In this document: piece by piece, positions 19,213 to 28,077 of the stretch
Position numbering within the stretch: position 1 is the first letter of the stretch
Layout of the letters: the number at the start of each line of letters is the position of its first letter
Assembly: GCF_000015145.1 (NCBI RefSeq)
Contig: NC_008818.1
Span: forward strand, 1,200,001-1,232,000
Reading direction: 5' to 3'
Length of the DNA stretch: 32,000 nt
DNA from: Hyperthermus butylicus DSM 5456
GTDB lineage: Archaea; Thermoproteota; Thermoprotei_A; Sulfolobales; Pyrodictiaceae
Notes under the pieces: model-generated
Told to the model about the DNA's origin: nothing
The model's input: only the letters and a program-made list of their open reading frames with translations
Database searches by the model: none
Translations under genes and position numbers: made by a program

Positions 19213-19602
19213 GTGGCCGATGACCGGGGCTCAGAGGCTTACCCTCTGCGGGGATGTAGACTTCACGGACCGGGGGAGGCCGTACATCACTTGGCACAGG
19301 CTAGGAGAAGGCTTTTGGAGCGTAAGCTTAAGGAGATGCTCCTAGAGCAAGCGAAGAGAGCTGGTATAAGTCCAGAGCAGCTTGCCGAGTGGCTCTACGA
19401 GTCTGCCGGTATACGGGTTAAAGCTACGTGGCATGATGTCGAGAGGGAGGTTCTACGATCAGACGAGGTTTCAGCACAGGAGCTTGCGGCCTACCTGCTC
19501 TCCGAGGGTGTTGAGGTAGATGAGAGTAAGTGGCTCGATATACTTAGGCAGCATGGCTTGTCAAAGAGCATCCCACGCCTACCTCGGGAAGGTGAAAAGT
19601 AG
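19213..19602 (+). CDS. hypothetical helical protein
   Basis: Charged helical content (ERKLKEMLLEQAKRAGISPEQLAEWLYE...LSAQELAAYLLSEGVEV-like repeats). The first ~30 residues are uncertain. Confidence 0.5.
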   Translation: MADDRGSEAYPLRGCRLHGPGEAVHHLAQARRRLLERKLKEMLLEQAKRAGISPEQLAEWLYESAGIRVKATWHDVEREVLRSDEVSAQELAAYLLSEGVEVDESKWLDILRQHGLSKSIPRLPREGEK

Positions 19603-19605
19603 GCC

Positions 19606-20184
19606 TTGTGCGAGTCTCTAAGGCATCTAGAACGCTTGCCTTGTGGCAAGCTGCGCGACTGTATAGATATGCTTGCAATACTGTTTGCAGCTTCCAATCT
19701 AGGCCCCATAGGTAGGCCTAGCCTCTCAACACTCATTGGTATTGGTGAGAAACGCGTACGAAACCTTGTAGCAAAGCTTCGCAGCGCTGGGCTTGTTAAG
19801 GCTTCACGGGCAGGAATTACGTCGGACGGGATGCAAGGAGTGTTGTGCCTCAGTTCTGGGGGCTACACTATAGCCCTTGCAGCATGTAGCAGGGCAGTAG
19901 CCGAGCTGATGCTTCGCAGCATAGTAGCTCTGAGAGATAAGCTTGTAATCCTAACGGGAAGCCCAGCCATACTCGAGGTCATAGGCTACATAGACTCGAA
20001 CGGTGCTACCGTCTTCCCGGGGCTTGGCTTGGAGCTCTCGGAGAAATATGCAAGGCTCGTCAGCGAGATAGGTAGCAGGGAGACCTGCAGGAGCGTAGGT
20101 GGCTGCCTCGTAGCCGTATTCAACTTGCCGGACTGCTATCGCTGCTGTGCAAGTTTCTTACAGGCACTGGCTATGTCCGGGTAG
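19606..20184 (+). CDS. HTH-domain protein, DUF4443-like
   Basis: ILFAASNLGPIGRPSLSTLIGIGEKRVRNLVAKLRSAGLV followed by a small globular domain with cysteines. Confidence 0.65.
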   Translation: MCESLRHLERLPCGKLRDCIDMLAILFAASNLGPIGRPSLSTLIGIGEKRVRNLVAKLRSAGLVKASRAGITSDGMQGVLCLSSGGYTIALAACSRAVAELMLRSIVALRDKLVILTGSPAILEVIGYIDSNGATVFPGLGLELSEKYARLVSEIGSRETCRSVGGCLVAVFNLPDCYRCCASFLQALAMSG

Positions 20185-20729
20185 TTCTCAGCTATCTCCC
20201 TAACCCTGGAGACCCCGTCTATGTAGTCTATTATCTCTGCGACAGGTTCGGGTACATGTAGACGCCACTCATCAGAGCCAAGAAGCATTAAGCACCTGAT
20301 ATACTCGCCTGACCAGACAGACTTATTGCGTAGCGGTGGCGTAACGGTCTTCACCCCGGCGTCGCGAAACGCCCTGCTTACAGCTGGATTCGCCGTTGCC
20401 ACTGCTTCCACGGGCGGCACGTAGCCGAGAACGAAGCCTGCATTGCCAGCATAGACTGAGAGGGTCTGTATCGTCGCTGTAACTATCCTGGCTAGATTGA
20501 GGCCTGCCCACTCGAGCGCAGCCCTAATCATTAAAAGTCTCTCGCCAGCCGTGAACGGGTTTAGCCAGGTATGGCTTTCATCAGCCATTCCAACGAGTAT
20601 TACGACTTCCTGATACCTCTCGTAGAGCCACTTGACAGCCTCCAGGTGCCCTAGGTGGAATGGCTGGAACCTGCCAAAGAATAGTACACGTCCACGCCCA
20701 AGCCTCCGGTAGGCATTCTGGAACCACAA
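20136..20729 (-). CDS. Nicotinamide-nucleotide adenylyltransferase
   Basis: LFFGRFQPFHLGHLEAVKWL, GMADESHTWLNPFTAGERLLMI and VWSGEYIRCLM. The ORF track extends to 21035, but the N-terminal extension lacks protein character and overlaps NAD kinase. TTG near 20729 is one possible start. Confidence 0.88.
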   Translation of the reverse strand: MWFQNAYRRLGRGRVLFFGRFQPFHLGHLEAVKWLYERYQEVVILVGMADESHTWLNPFTAGERLLMIRAALEWAGLNLARIVTATIQTLSVYAGNAGFVLGYVPPVEAVATANPAVSRAFRDAGVKTVTPPLRNKSVWSGEYIRCLMLLGSDEWRLHVPEPVAEIIDYIDGVSRVREIAENYPDIASACKKLAQQR

Positions 20730-20805
20730 TAGTATGCACCTCTTAGTCCTGCCCGCTAACTTAGAATCCCAGCTCCACGGCCTCTCAGCGCCTCGGGGCA
20801 TAATA

Positions 20806-21948
20806 GTGGCTCGGCTAGTCTGCTTCGTCGTCAACCCTCTAGCCGGTATAGGTGGGCCCCTAGCACTCAGGGGCAGCGATGGCAGTGCAGGGCTAGAAGC
20901 GCTTCGTAGGGGTGCAAGGCTTGTATCCCCTGAGCGTGCTCGCGTCTTTGCTGAGGAGTGCAAGCGTCTACGGCTAGGGGAGAGGATAGTCTTCCTAACA
21001 GCCTCAGGAGTCATGGGAGAGACGCCCCTAAGCAAGGCAGGCTTTGCGTCATACCATGTTGTCTACCATCCGGACAGCTGGCCCACAAACCCCCACGATA
21101 CCATGGAGACGGTTCGGGCCTGCATAGCCCGTGGCGCCGAGATAGTTGTATTCGTTGGAGGTGACGGAACTGCCCGCGACGTAGTGTCCGCACTGCACGA
21201 AGTTGGTGCTGCCAACACACCGATTCTTGGTGTACCCTCCGGTGTCAAGGTCTACAGCTCAGTCTTTGCAGAAAACCCTCGTGCAGCCGCCCATGTACTT
21301 GCCGAATGGCTTGATCACGGCACTACATGTGAAGGCGAAGTAGTGGATATAGATGAGGATGCATTTCGTGCAAACATGCTGAGAGCACGCCTGTACACTA
21401 TAGCAAGGACTCCTTGCAGCCCATTAATGGTTGGGGCTAGCAAACAACCAACACCCTCCACGGAGGAGGAAGAGGAGAATAAGAGAGCTATAGCACGCTA
21501 CCTGGCGGAGAACATGGAGGAATGCACCCTCTACATTCTAGGCCCCGGCACAACAGTCAAGGCTATAGCAGATGAGCTAGGTGTTGAGAAGACCCTGCTG
21601 GGGGTAGACGTAGTACACAACCGTAGGCTTGTAGCCGCAGATGTTGACGAGAAAACACTTTACAACATTGTGGCCAGGCACCTAGAAGGAGGCGGCAGGG
21701 TAAAGATAGTCGTGACACCTATTGGAGGGCAGGGCTACATCTTTGGAAGAGGTAACCAGCAGATATCGCCCAGGATACTGAGGCTCGTAGGCCGAGACAA
21801 CATTATAGTAGTTGCAACAAAATCTAAACTCTCAAAGCTGAAACGGTTAAGAGTCGATACGGGAGATGAAAAGGTTGACGAGATGCTTAGAGGCTATATA
21901 CGTGTCGTAACAGACTACGGCGAAGAGACCGTGGTGCGTGTAGAGTAG
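20806..21948 (+). CDS. ATP-NAD kinase family protein (AcoX-like)
   Basis: VARLVCFVVNPLAGIGGPLALRGSDG, IVVFVGGDGTARDVVSAL, PILGVPSGVKVYSSVFA and VTPIGGQGYIFGRGNQQISP. GTG 20806 is a better start than the ORF start at 20734. Confidence 0.9.
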   Translation: MARLVCFVVNPLAGIGGPLALRGSDGSAGLEALRRGARLVSPERARVFAEECKRLRLGERIVFLTASGVMGETPLSKAGFASYHVVYHPDSWPTNPHDTMETVRACIARGAEIVVFVGGDGTARDVVSALHEVGAANTPILGVPSGVKVYSSVFAENPRAAAHVLAEWLDHGTTCEGEVVDIDEDAFRANMLRARLYTIARTPCSPLMVGASKQPTPSTEEEEENKRAIARYLAENMEECTLYILGPGTTVKAIADELGVEKTLLGVDVVHNRRLVAADVDEKTLYNIVARHLEGGGRVKIVVTPIGGQGYIFGRGNQQISPRILRLVGRDNIIVVATKSKLSKLKRLRVDTGDEKVDEMLRGYIRVVTDYGEETVVRVE

Positions 21949-21979
21949 AATATAGCAATCCACACCCTCCGAGGGGGAT

Positions 21980-22585
21980 TTGGAGATGTACGTGTTTCGG
22001 GATGAACCCATATACATGGAGGAGTGGAAAGCCCTACTGATAGCATCGCTAGCCATTGCCTTTGGATTTGTAGGCTTCAACGTAGTAGGCGTAATAGCTA
22101 ATCCAGTTAGCTATGCTGGCGGTGTACTAGCTGGAGCCATTATCGGTGTTGTACTCCACGAGCTAGCCCATGCATGGATGGGGCGTAGGGAGGGATGCGT
22201 TGCCCACTTCGTACTGTCAAGGATAGGGCTTAGCCTCACACTATTCTTCGGGCTGCTCAGAACCCTCAACATACCATTCGTAATATTAGCACCCGGCTAT
22301 GTCTCACTATACTGTAGAACCTTTGCACGCGACGACTACGTAGCAGCAGCTGGACCCATGACGAACATTGTCCTAGCGGTAATTGGTAGGGCAGCTGAAC
22401 GGCTGGCAGCAAGCACGAGCTATGGTGCCTACGTATTCGCTGCTGGATTCACCGATGTAAACGCATGGATAGCACTATTCAATCTACTACCCTTCATACC
22501 ACTCGACGGCTCAAAGATAATGAGGAGAAATCTCATAGCATGGCTAGCAATGCTGGTCCTTGCAATAGTCCTCGCCTACCTATAA
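21980..22585 (+). CDS. Site-2 protease-like M50 family membrane metalloprotease
   Basis: HELAH in a transmembrane context (GVVLHELAHAWMGRREG) plus AAAGPMTNIVLA and NLLPFIPLDGSKIM. Confidence 0.85.
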   Translation: MEMYVFRDEPIYMEEWKALLIASLAIAFGFVGFNVVGVIANPVSYAGGVLAGAIIGVVLHELAHAWMGRREGCVAHFVLSRIGLSLTLFFGLLRTLNIPFVILAPGYVSLYCRTFARDDYVAAAGPMTNIVLAVIGRAAERLAASTSYGAYVFAAGFTDVNAWIALFNLLPFIPLDGSKIMRRNLIAWLAMLVLAIVLAYL

Positions 22586-22615
22586 GGAGGGATAGAAACT
22601 GAGCCGTGAAGCTGG

Positions 22616-23356
22616 CTACTCTAACAATGTGTAGTAGACCCTCTTCCTCCTCCTACCCCGGCTTTCCAGCTTCACAATCTTTATCCCAGGTATCTCACAA
22701 GTATTCCTCACGTGTGGACCGCCATCAGCTTGTATATCTACGCCAGGTATTTCGACTATTCTCAGCTTCTCAACATCTGGTGGAAGTTTATCAGCCAGTT
22801 TGACTATCCCGGGTATGCGTAGGGCTTCCTCCCTCGGCAACCAATAGACTTTAACCTCAATACACCTTCTAATGATCTGGTTAGCCTCCTCTACTGCTTG
22901 ACGGACAGCAGACTTCCAATCATCAACATTTATCTCGAGATCATCCCTAGCCGTCTCCGGCGTTATATGGCCACCAGTAACTCTTGCACCGTACTTGTTG
23001 TAGAGTACTGCTAGTAGTATATGGCTGGCCGTGTGCAGCTTCATCATCTGGTACCTACGCTCCCAGTCAATAACGCCATGGACACGCATTCCCGGATGCA
23101 GCTTGGACAAGTCACCATCAACAATATGTGCTACATCGCCTTCACGCATTACGACATCTACTACACGCAGCTCTGAGCCGTCAGGTAGTATTAGAATGCC
23201 ATGATCAGCGTCAAGGCCTCCTGAGGGCCTGGGATGAAATGCTGTAGCCTCGAGAAATACTGCATTTCCTTCTACACGGGTCACTATGGCATCAAACTCT
23301 TTGAGGTAGCTATCCTCTTGAAAGAGAAGCTTTGCTGGCAAAACGGGGACACCCAT
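22616..23356 (-). CDS. alaX: Alanyl-tRNA editing protein AlaX
   Basis: AFHPRPSGGLDADHG, MKLHTASHILLAVL and ADGGPHVRNTCEIPGIKIVKLESRGRRRKRVYYTL. Confidence 0.92.
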   Translation of the reverse strand: MGVPVLPAKLLFQEDSYLKEFDAIVTRVEGNAVFLEATAFHPRPSGGLDADHGILILPDGSELRVVDVVMREGDVAHIVDGDLSKLHPGMRVHGVIDWERRYQMMKLHTASHILLAVLYNKYGARVTGGHITPETARDDLEINVDDWKSAVRQAVEEANQIIRRCIEVKVYWLPREEALRIPGIVKLADKLPPDVEKLRIVEIPGVDIQADGGPHVRNTCEIPGIKIVKLESRGRRRKRVYYTLLE

Positions 23357-23440
23357 AGTGTGGACCTGGACTCAGGGTAAAAAAGACTCATTATCAGCTG
23401 TTTAGCTTTAGGATTAGACCATGCTACCAGTTGCAGCCGA

Positions 23441-24316
23441 TCAGGGCTTGGCTGTTCTCACAACCTCAGCAAGGAACCGCGTAAAGCTGTGATGTTGCAG
23501 CTTTGATGCGATCTCTCTTGGAGACTTGACATAGGGGATGTCTAGTATATAAAGGGGCTTGGATAGTTATGCTAGCACCTTATCAGTCTTAAGCATGACT
23601 AGCCCACTGACTATCTCTGAAACCTTACGCAGCTTGTCACCATCAAACACTATTGCTCTACCCGGAGCTACTACAATGAAATAGTCAACCCTGCCTTCGA
23701 GCCCGGCAAATGGTACTACGGCGTTGTTAAACGACTCTATTACAACTACATCATAGCTTCTATCGAGAATAGTTAGACAGGCTGCAAGGTTCTCAGCAGC
23801 ACTAGCTGTTGACAGTTTTTCAACAAGCCTACTCGCCGATATAGGTGTAGCACCTGTAGCCTTCACCAGTTCCTCAACAATTTTCCTAAAACTCGGCCCC
23901 AACCTCTCAACGTTCTCCGGAACGTAGTAATGAACTGCGCTCCCTTCCGCACAGCTAGAGAATCTGGCAAGAACAACCATACCCTCAATGCTCGATATCC
24001 TCGCTAGGTACTGGGCAACCCCACTAAAGAGTAAGGGGTCAGGATATGCAAGCATTAGGCTTACAGGGTTTACAAGGTGTATATTGCTATCACCAAGCTG
24101 TTCAATGTAAATTAGCGCATCGTTACCAGCTAGAATCCCGTGTCTTAGCGAGGACTCCACCGGATCCCATGAAGACCAGATGTTGTAGGCTGCTACCGGC
24201 TTGTATGCCATGACCCTAGCTCCAAGCGTCCTGAGCGCCGTAGCTAGTCCTACTGTAAACCACGTCTTTCCCGACTCTAGCTCGAGGAGACCAGAGACAA
24301 GTAGCTTTATAGCCAT
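23441..24316 (-). CDS. BioD-like P-loop ATPase, with in-frame TAA at 23567-23569
   Basis: SGLLELESGKTWFTVGLATALRTLGARVMAYKPV. The track ends at 23567, but the same frame continues with LSKPLYILDIPYVKSPREIASKLQHHSFTRFLAEVVRTAKP to a TGA at 23441-23443. Confidence 0.7.
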
Positions 24317-24357
24317 CCTGCAGCCTGCCCCAGGCTTATCGTACTGTTGAGGTATTA

Positions 24358-25191
24358 TTGTCTCGGCGGTGTAAGAGTTACGCCCATACCTGGAATAGTA
24401 CGAGTAGGGGTGTAATGAGCAGCCAATATGGCTGGAGTGATAGGGCTAGCTGGCATGAGGAAGTTGCAGAGACTAGTGGGCAGGAGAGGCGGCAGGGCCC
24501 CCGGAGCAGGATTGTCGAGGCAATAGCTGTTCTCCTCCTAGCTAGGCCGATGAGAGCTGCTGAGATAGCACAAGTACTGGGTAAGCCTACACGCTATGTT
24601 AGCAGCTACCTCAGCTATTGGCGTACACGAGGCCTCTTCGAGTACGAGAATGGATTCTGGACGCTAACCGAGAAGGGTGAAGAGTTCGCCAGAAGCATCC
24701 TTGAGCGCGAAATGAACTCCAGGGTTGCACAGTATGCTGCTCTTGCACGCCAGATACTGGAGCAGGAACAAGTCAGCTCGACAATAAACAACAATACAAG
24801 CACTGGACCGAGGCTACTCTCAGGCAGAATCCAGCCATTCATTGCCGCCTATACTGGTAAAACCGGCAAGAAACGACGAAAGCAGGGACTACCCAGATCA
24901 GCATGTATCCAGGCAATTCTCGCCGACCTGGAGATAGACGAGGAGGAAAGAGCCATTCTGGAGCATATGCTCAATCACTATCTACAATGGGGTACCTCGT
25001 ACACCTACCTGGACCAGCTCGAGCACGATCTCGAAGCTGACAGAGTTTGGCTACTAACAGTGTTACGCCGTCTGCAGACAAAGGGAATCATGTACATATA
25101 CAATGACCGGCGCCTTGGTATCAGAGTGGGGCTCTCCAAGAGGCTCAAAGAATTCGTCATTGCAACGTGCCAGCCCAGCTCTCAAGTATAG
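24358..25191 (+). CDS. Winged-helix protein, WhiP-like (crenarchaeal replication initiator candidate)
   Basis: Winged-helix pattern AAEIAQVLGKPTRYVSSYLSYWRTRGLFEYENGFWTLTEKGEEFA plus a second wing-like C-terminal domain RVWLLTVLRRLQTKGIMYIYNDRRLGIRVGLSKRLKEF. The name WhiP is from memory of the family. Confidence 0.6.
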   Translation: MSRRCKSYAHTWNSTSRGVMSSQYGWSDRASWHEEVAETSGQERRQGPRSRIVEAIAVLLLARPMRAAEIAQVLGKPTRYVSSYLSYWRTRGLFEYENGFWTLTEKGEEFARSILEREMNSRVAQYAALARQILEQEQVSSTINNNTSTGPRLLSGRIQPFIAAYTGKTGKKRRKQGLPRSACIQAILADLEIDEEERAILEHMLNHYLQWGTSYTYLDQLEHDLEADRVWLLTVLRRLQTKGIMYIYNDRRLGIRVGLSKRLKEFVIATCQPSSQV

Positions 25192-25467
25192 CTACCACCC
25201 CTATGCTTCGTCTGGAGAATGGGTATTCTTGCTCCGGGAATACCTAGCCAGAGCTAAACATAGCCTTTCACCATCAAGTTTATACAAACAGGCAAAAATA
25301 CTCGGTGATGCATGGTATCTATACTCGCTGGCTAAGTAATACTGAGATGAGGCTCTGGGGTAGTGAAGATAAAAGGGGGGATGAAGCTTAGGTGAGAACC
25401 TCCTCGCTTTGCCGGAGTAGTTGTGGTAGTCTATACTTGTATCCAGCCGCGGCATGCTCGTCATCTA

Positions 25468-25677
25468 CTATAGCCCGAAGGCTCGTCTCCGGTTCCTTAG
25501 CTTGACCTCCCAGTAGAGCTGCCTTGCTGCTGGATTGCTTGCAGGTGCCTCCAATATCTTTCCATTTGCTAGCTTTAGTAGAAGCTTGTCTCCTTGTATC
25601 CATACATCCTCGATCATGTCAAGTGAAGGATACTTCGCCTTGCCTTGTTGGTCATCCAAAAGTAGGCTTTCAGTCAT
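25468..25677 (-). CDS. small hypothetical protein (possibly continues in another frame to 25388)
   Basis: MIEDVWIQGDKLLLKLANGKILEAP...AARQLYWEVKLRNRRRAF is protein-like. Confidence 0.45.
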   Translation of the reverse strand: MTESLLLDDQQGKAKYPSLDMIEDVWIQGDKLLLKLANGKILEAPASNPAARQLYWEVKLRNRRRAFGL

Positions 25678-25825
25678 AGCGTTTTGGGCACCTGCCAGTA
25701 TTATCTAGATAGGGTCTACCTATATTTTGGTGTTTCGGAGGGTAAAATACTTGGGTTGTGAGGAGGCCATTTTGTGCTGATGCTTGTGTGATGAGTGGAG
25801 ACCTCGCCGAACCCACCATTAGCGA

Positions 25826-26683
25826 CTAGATGATTTCCTCCATCTTCTGCTGTATTATTCTCATAGCCTCGTCTCTTGTCATTTTAGTATAGCTAGCTGT
25901 TGTAGCTGCCTCCACTAAAGCCTCGGGAGCATTTTCAAGCTCATCAATTCCCTTCTCTATTGTTGTTTCAGCCTTGTAAGCGTCGCCATCAGCTATTAGT
26001 ATTATCGTTGCTCTGGTCTTGGAGTTCTCGCTGTTAAGTATCGCTAGGCCTATGTTGTTGCCCTCTGCGTCTTTGAGCATTGCTATCTTCTCGCCGCGAC
26101 GGGTTTCACCATAAATTATGGCCTCTGCAGGCTCTACTGGCGGCTTAAGCTGTGGCAAGGCTGGTTTCTTCTCAACCTTTTCGACCTCCTCTACTTGTGC
26201 ACTTGCTATCCGCTCCTCCCTGACACGCTGTACTTCACGCTCAACTTCAACTTCACGTGCTTCTGTCCATGCTTTCTCCTCTTCTGTGACTGGACGCGCT
26301 AGTACCTCCTTGGCAGTCTGGAGTACCTCCCTGACAGTCTTTTCAACGTCCTCGTCGGGTATGCGGCGGAAGGCCTCGACACGTAGTGTGTCGAGCTTCC
26401 ACACGATATCGCCGTCTCGCAACTCATATTCTATCCTTATCCTGACGACGTCGCCTTTGTCTATCCTTAGCTTGTTTACGAGTATCTCGAAGAGTAGCCG
26501 GTTGAGTTCGCCTGCCCTATAGGCTACTTGTTTAGGTTCTATTGCTCCCTTCTTGATTTCGTCTCTCAGCTGGGCGAAGAGTACCCGCCGGAGCTTGTCT
26601 GCATAGGCGCCTGCTATTACGAGGCCCGTGGAGAGCTGGGGCAAACAGTTCCACCTCTCTGGTTCCAATGCATAGTTTCCCAC
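25826..26683 (-). CDS. conserved crenarchaeal protein of unknown function (DUF2258-like)
   Basis: LSTGLVIAGAYADKLRRVLFAQLRDEIKKG...VAYRAGELNRLLFEILVNKLRIDKGDVVRIRIEYEL. The family assignment is tentative. Sits 15 nt downstream of nreA. Confidence 0.7.
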   Translation of the reverse strand: MGNYALEPERWNCLPQLSTGLVIAGAYADKLRRVLFAQLRDEIKKGAIEPKQVAYRAGELNRLLFEILVNKLRIDKGDVVRIRIEYELRDGDIVWKLDTLRVEAFRRIPDEDVEKTVREVLQTAKEVLARPVTEEEKAWTEAREVEVEREVQRVREERIASAQVEEVEKVEKKPALPQLKPPVEPAEAIIYGETRRGEKIAMLKDAEGNNIGLAILNSENSKTRATIILIADGDAYKAETTIEKGIDELENAPEALVEAATTASYTKMTRDEAMRIIQQKMEEII

Positions 26684-26698
26684 TAGCTATAAACTGTT

Positions 26699-27952
26699 TT
26701 ACCTCTTCAAGAACATGTCCAGTGTTGTGGTACTACGCGTCTTTCTTGCAAGGATAGAGCTGTGGAGTGCACTGCGCGCAGCATCTGATAGCAAGAGCTT
26801 CTCCGATACATACCTTATAGCTTCATCTAGCGTGTCAAATGTTGCAACTAGGCCATGTACTAGTGCTTGCCGGGTTGTTTCGCGGAGGTGCCAGTTGCCA
26901 ACGGGAGCATAGTAGTCCCTTGTTATCTCCCTCACTATTATCGCCTTTGCTTGTCTCCTCCTAGCGTGGAGTTGCTCTGCTACGGGGAGTCTCATAGCCA
27001 TGTAGCCGCCATCCATCTCGGATAGCTTTAGGCTCATAGACTCTGTAACCCTGTAGACTACGGGCTGGCTAGCAGCTTGTGTCCAGGGTGTTAATGGGTG
27101 CCAAACCTCTATCAGCTCGGCCTCGTAGGAGCCTGGGAAGAGGATTACCGTAATGTAGTTGCCGAGGTAATGTGCATGGTAGACCTCGACTCTGCCCAGG
27201 GTATCGTAGGTTCGCACCCTGTGTAGCAGCCTGGTCGAGATTATCTGGTCGACAGCAGTTATGCTCCACCTTGTCGGTACTAGTCGCCGGCTTCTAACCC
27301 GGCCTAGGAGGCCTAGCGAGAAAGCCCTCACAATGGTGTATACGTCTACACCACTCCTATACAGTTCGTAGACAGCCTCATCGCTTCTTGCATCGTCCCA
27401 TATCAGCTTCTCGAGCTTAGGGTGCAGCGTCGGGTTAGACTCGACAATAACTTTTCTTGCAGGGGCTGCAGGGCCTTGCGGGGCTAGCACACCGTCAAAG
27501 CGGAGTGAGGGTATGGGCGGTTTTTCTAGTAGTGCACGGGACTGGACAGGCTTGGTGGAAACAGCGGCTACGGAAATTTCCTCCTCGTAGAGCTTCCAGG
27601 GTGTTGTAGCCTGAACCCTCTTCACGCCCGAGACTAAGCTTGAGCGGTAAGAGATTATCGTGCGTAGGGGTAGCCTTTGCCTAGCCCAGTCGAGTGGCGC
27701 ATCGTGCAGTCTTGCCTTCTCGCCGTGCTCCTCGGGCGGTAGGTTGTAGAGGATGGGCACAGTGGGATAGCCAGCCTCGCCGACAACAATGCTGGGAGGA
27801 GAGTCTCCCTCGACCTCTCTCGAACCCGTAATGCGAGAGGATGCTAGAACTTGCTGCCGAAACCTCTCAAGTATGGGGCAGTAGGGTAAGCCGCAGAGCT
27901 TCTTGTAGCCCTTGCACCGCGTGCAAAGGCCTGGCGGTATACGCCGCCCCAC
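26699..27952 (-). CDS. nreA: DNA repair protein NreA-like
   Basis: N-terminal zinc motif CTRCKGYKKLCGLPYCPIL, GEAGYPTVPILYNLPPEEHG, SRRLVPTRWSITAVDQIISTRLL, and a C-terminal PIP-box-like TTTLDMFLKR. Confidence 0.88.
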   Translation of the reverse strand: MGRRIPPGLCTRCKGYKKLCGLPYCPILERFRQQVLASSRITGSREVEGDSPPSIVVGEAGYPTVPILYNLPPEEHGEKARLHDAPLDWARQRLPLRTIISYRSSLVSGVKRVQATTPWKLYEEEISVAAVSTKPVQSRALLEKPPIPSLRFDGVLAPQGPAAPARKVIVESNPTLHPKLEKLIWDDARSDEAVYELYRSGVDVYTIVRAFSLGLLGRVRSRRLVPTRWSITAVDQIISTRLLHRVRTYDTLGRVEVYHAHYLGNYITVILFPGSYEAELIEVWHPLTPWTQAASQPVVYRVTESMSLKLSEMDGGYMAMRLPVAEQLHARRRQAKAIIVREITRDYYAPVGNWHLRETTRQALVHGLVATFDTLDEAIRYVSEKLLLSDAARSALHSSILARKTRSTTTLDMFLKR

Positions 27953-28077
27953 GTCCTAGCCCTCTCTCAGCCCTCCCTGCCTGTAGGTTCTATGGCTGTA
28001 GTGGGGTGTAGAGCTTTCCTCCTCATGCCTCTTGTATAGAATCCTATGTAGCTATGCTATTGTAACTTGTGGCGAGG

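Noticed and set aside
19213-19335. Alternative frame MTGAQRLTLCGDVDFTDRGRPYITWHRLGEGFWSV at the start of the 129-aa ORF
   Set aside because: Either frame could be the true N-terminus. Without homologues I cannot claim another frameshift here.
20136-21035. Full 299-aa track ORF for NMNAT
   Set aside because: The first ~100 residues (PSRRRLHSSAKTRARSGDTSLAPLRS...) are antisense to the well-supported NAD kinase. The family N-terminus starts just before LFFGRFQPFHLGH.
25788-25810. GTGATGA + 12 nt + CCGA resembling C and D' boxes
   Set aside because: No convincing C' or terminal D box follows, and CCGA is not canonical. Too little to call a C/D sRNA.
26118-26522. 134-aa plus-strand ORF opposite the DUF2258-like gene
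   Set aside because: Ser/Thr-rich antisense shadow of an acidic and charged coding segment.
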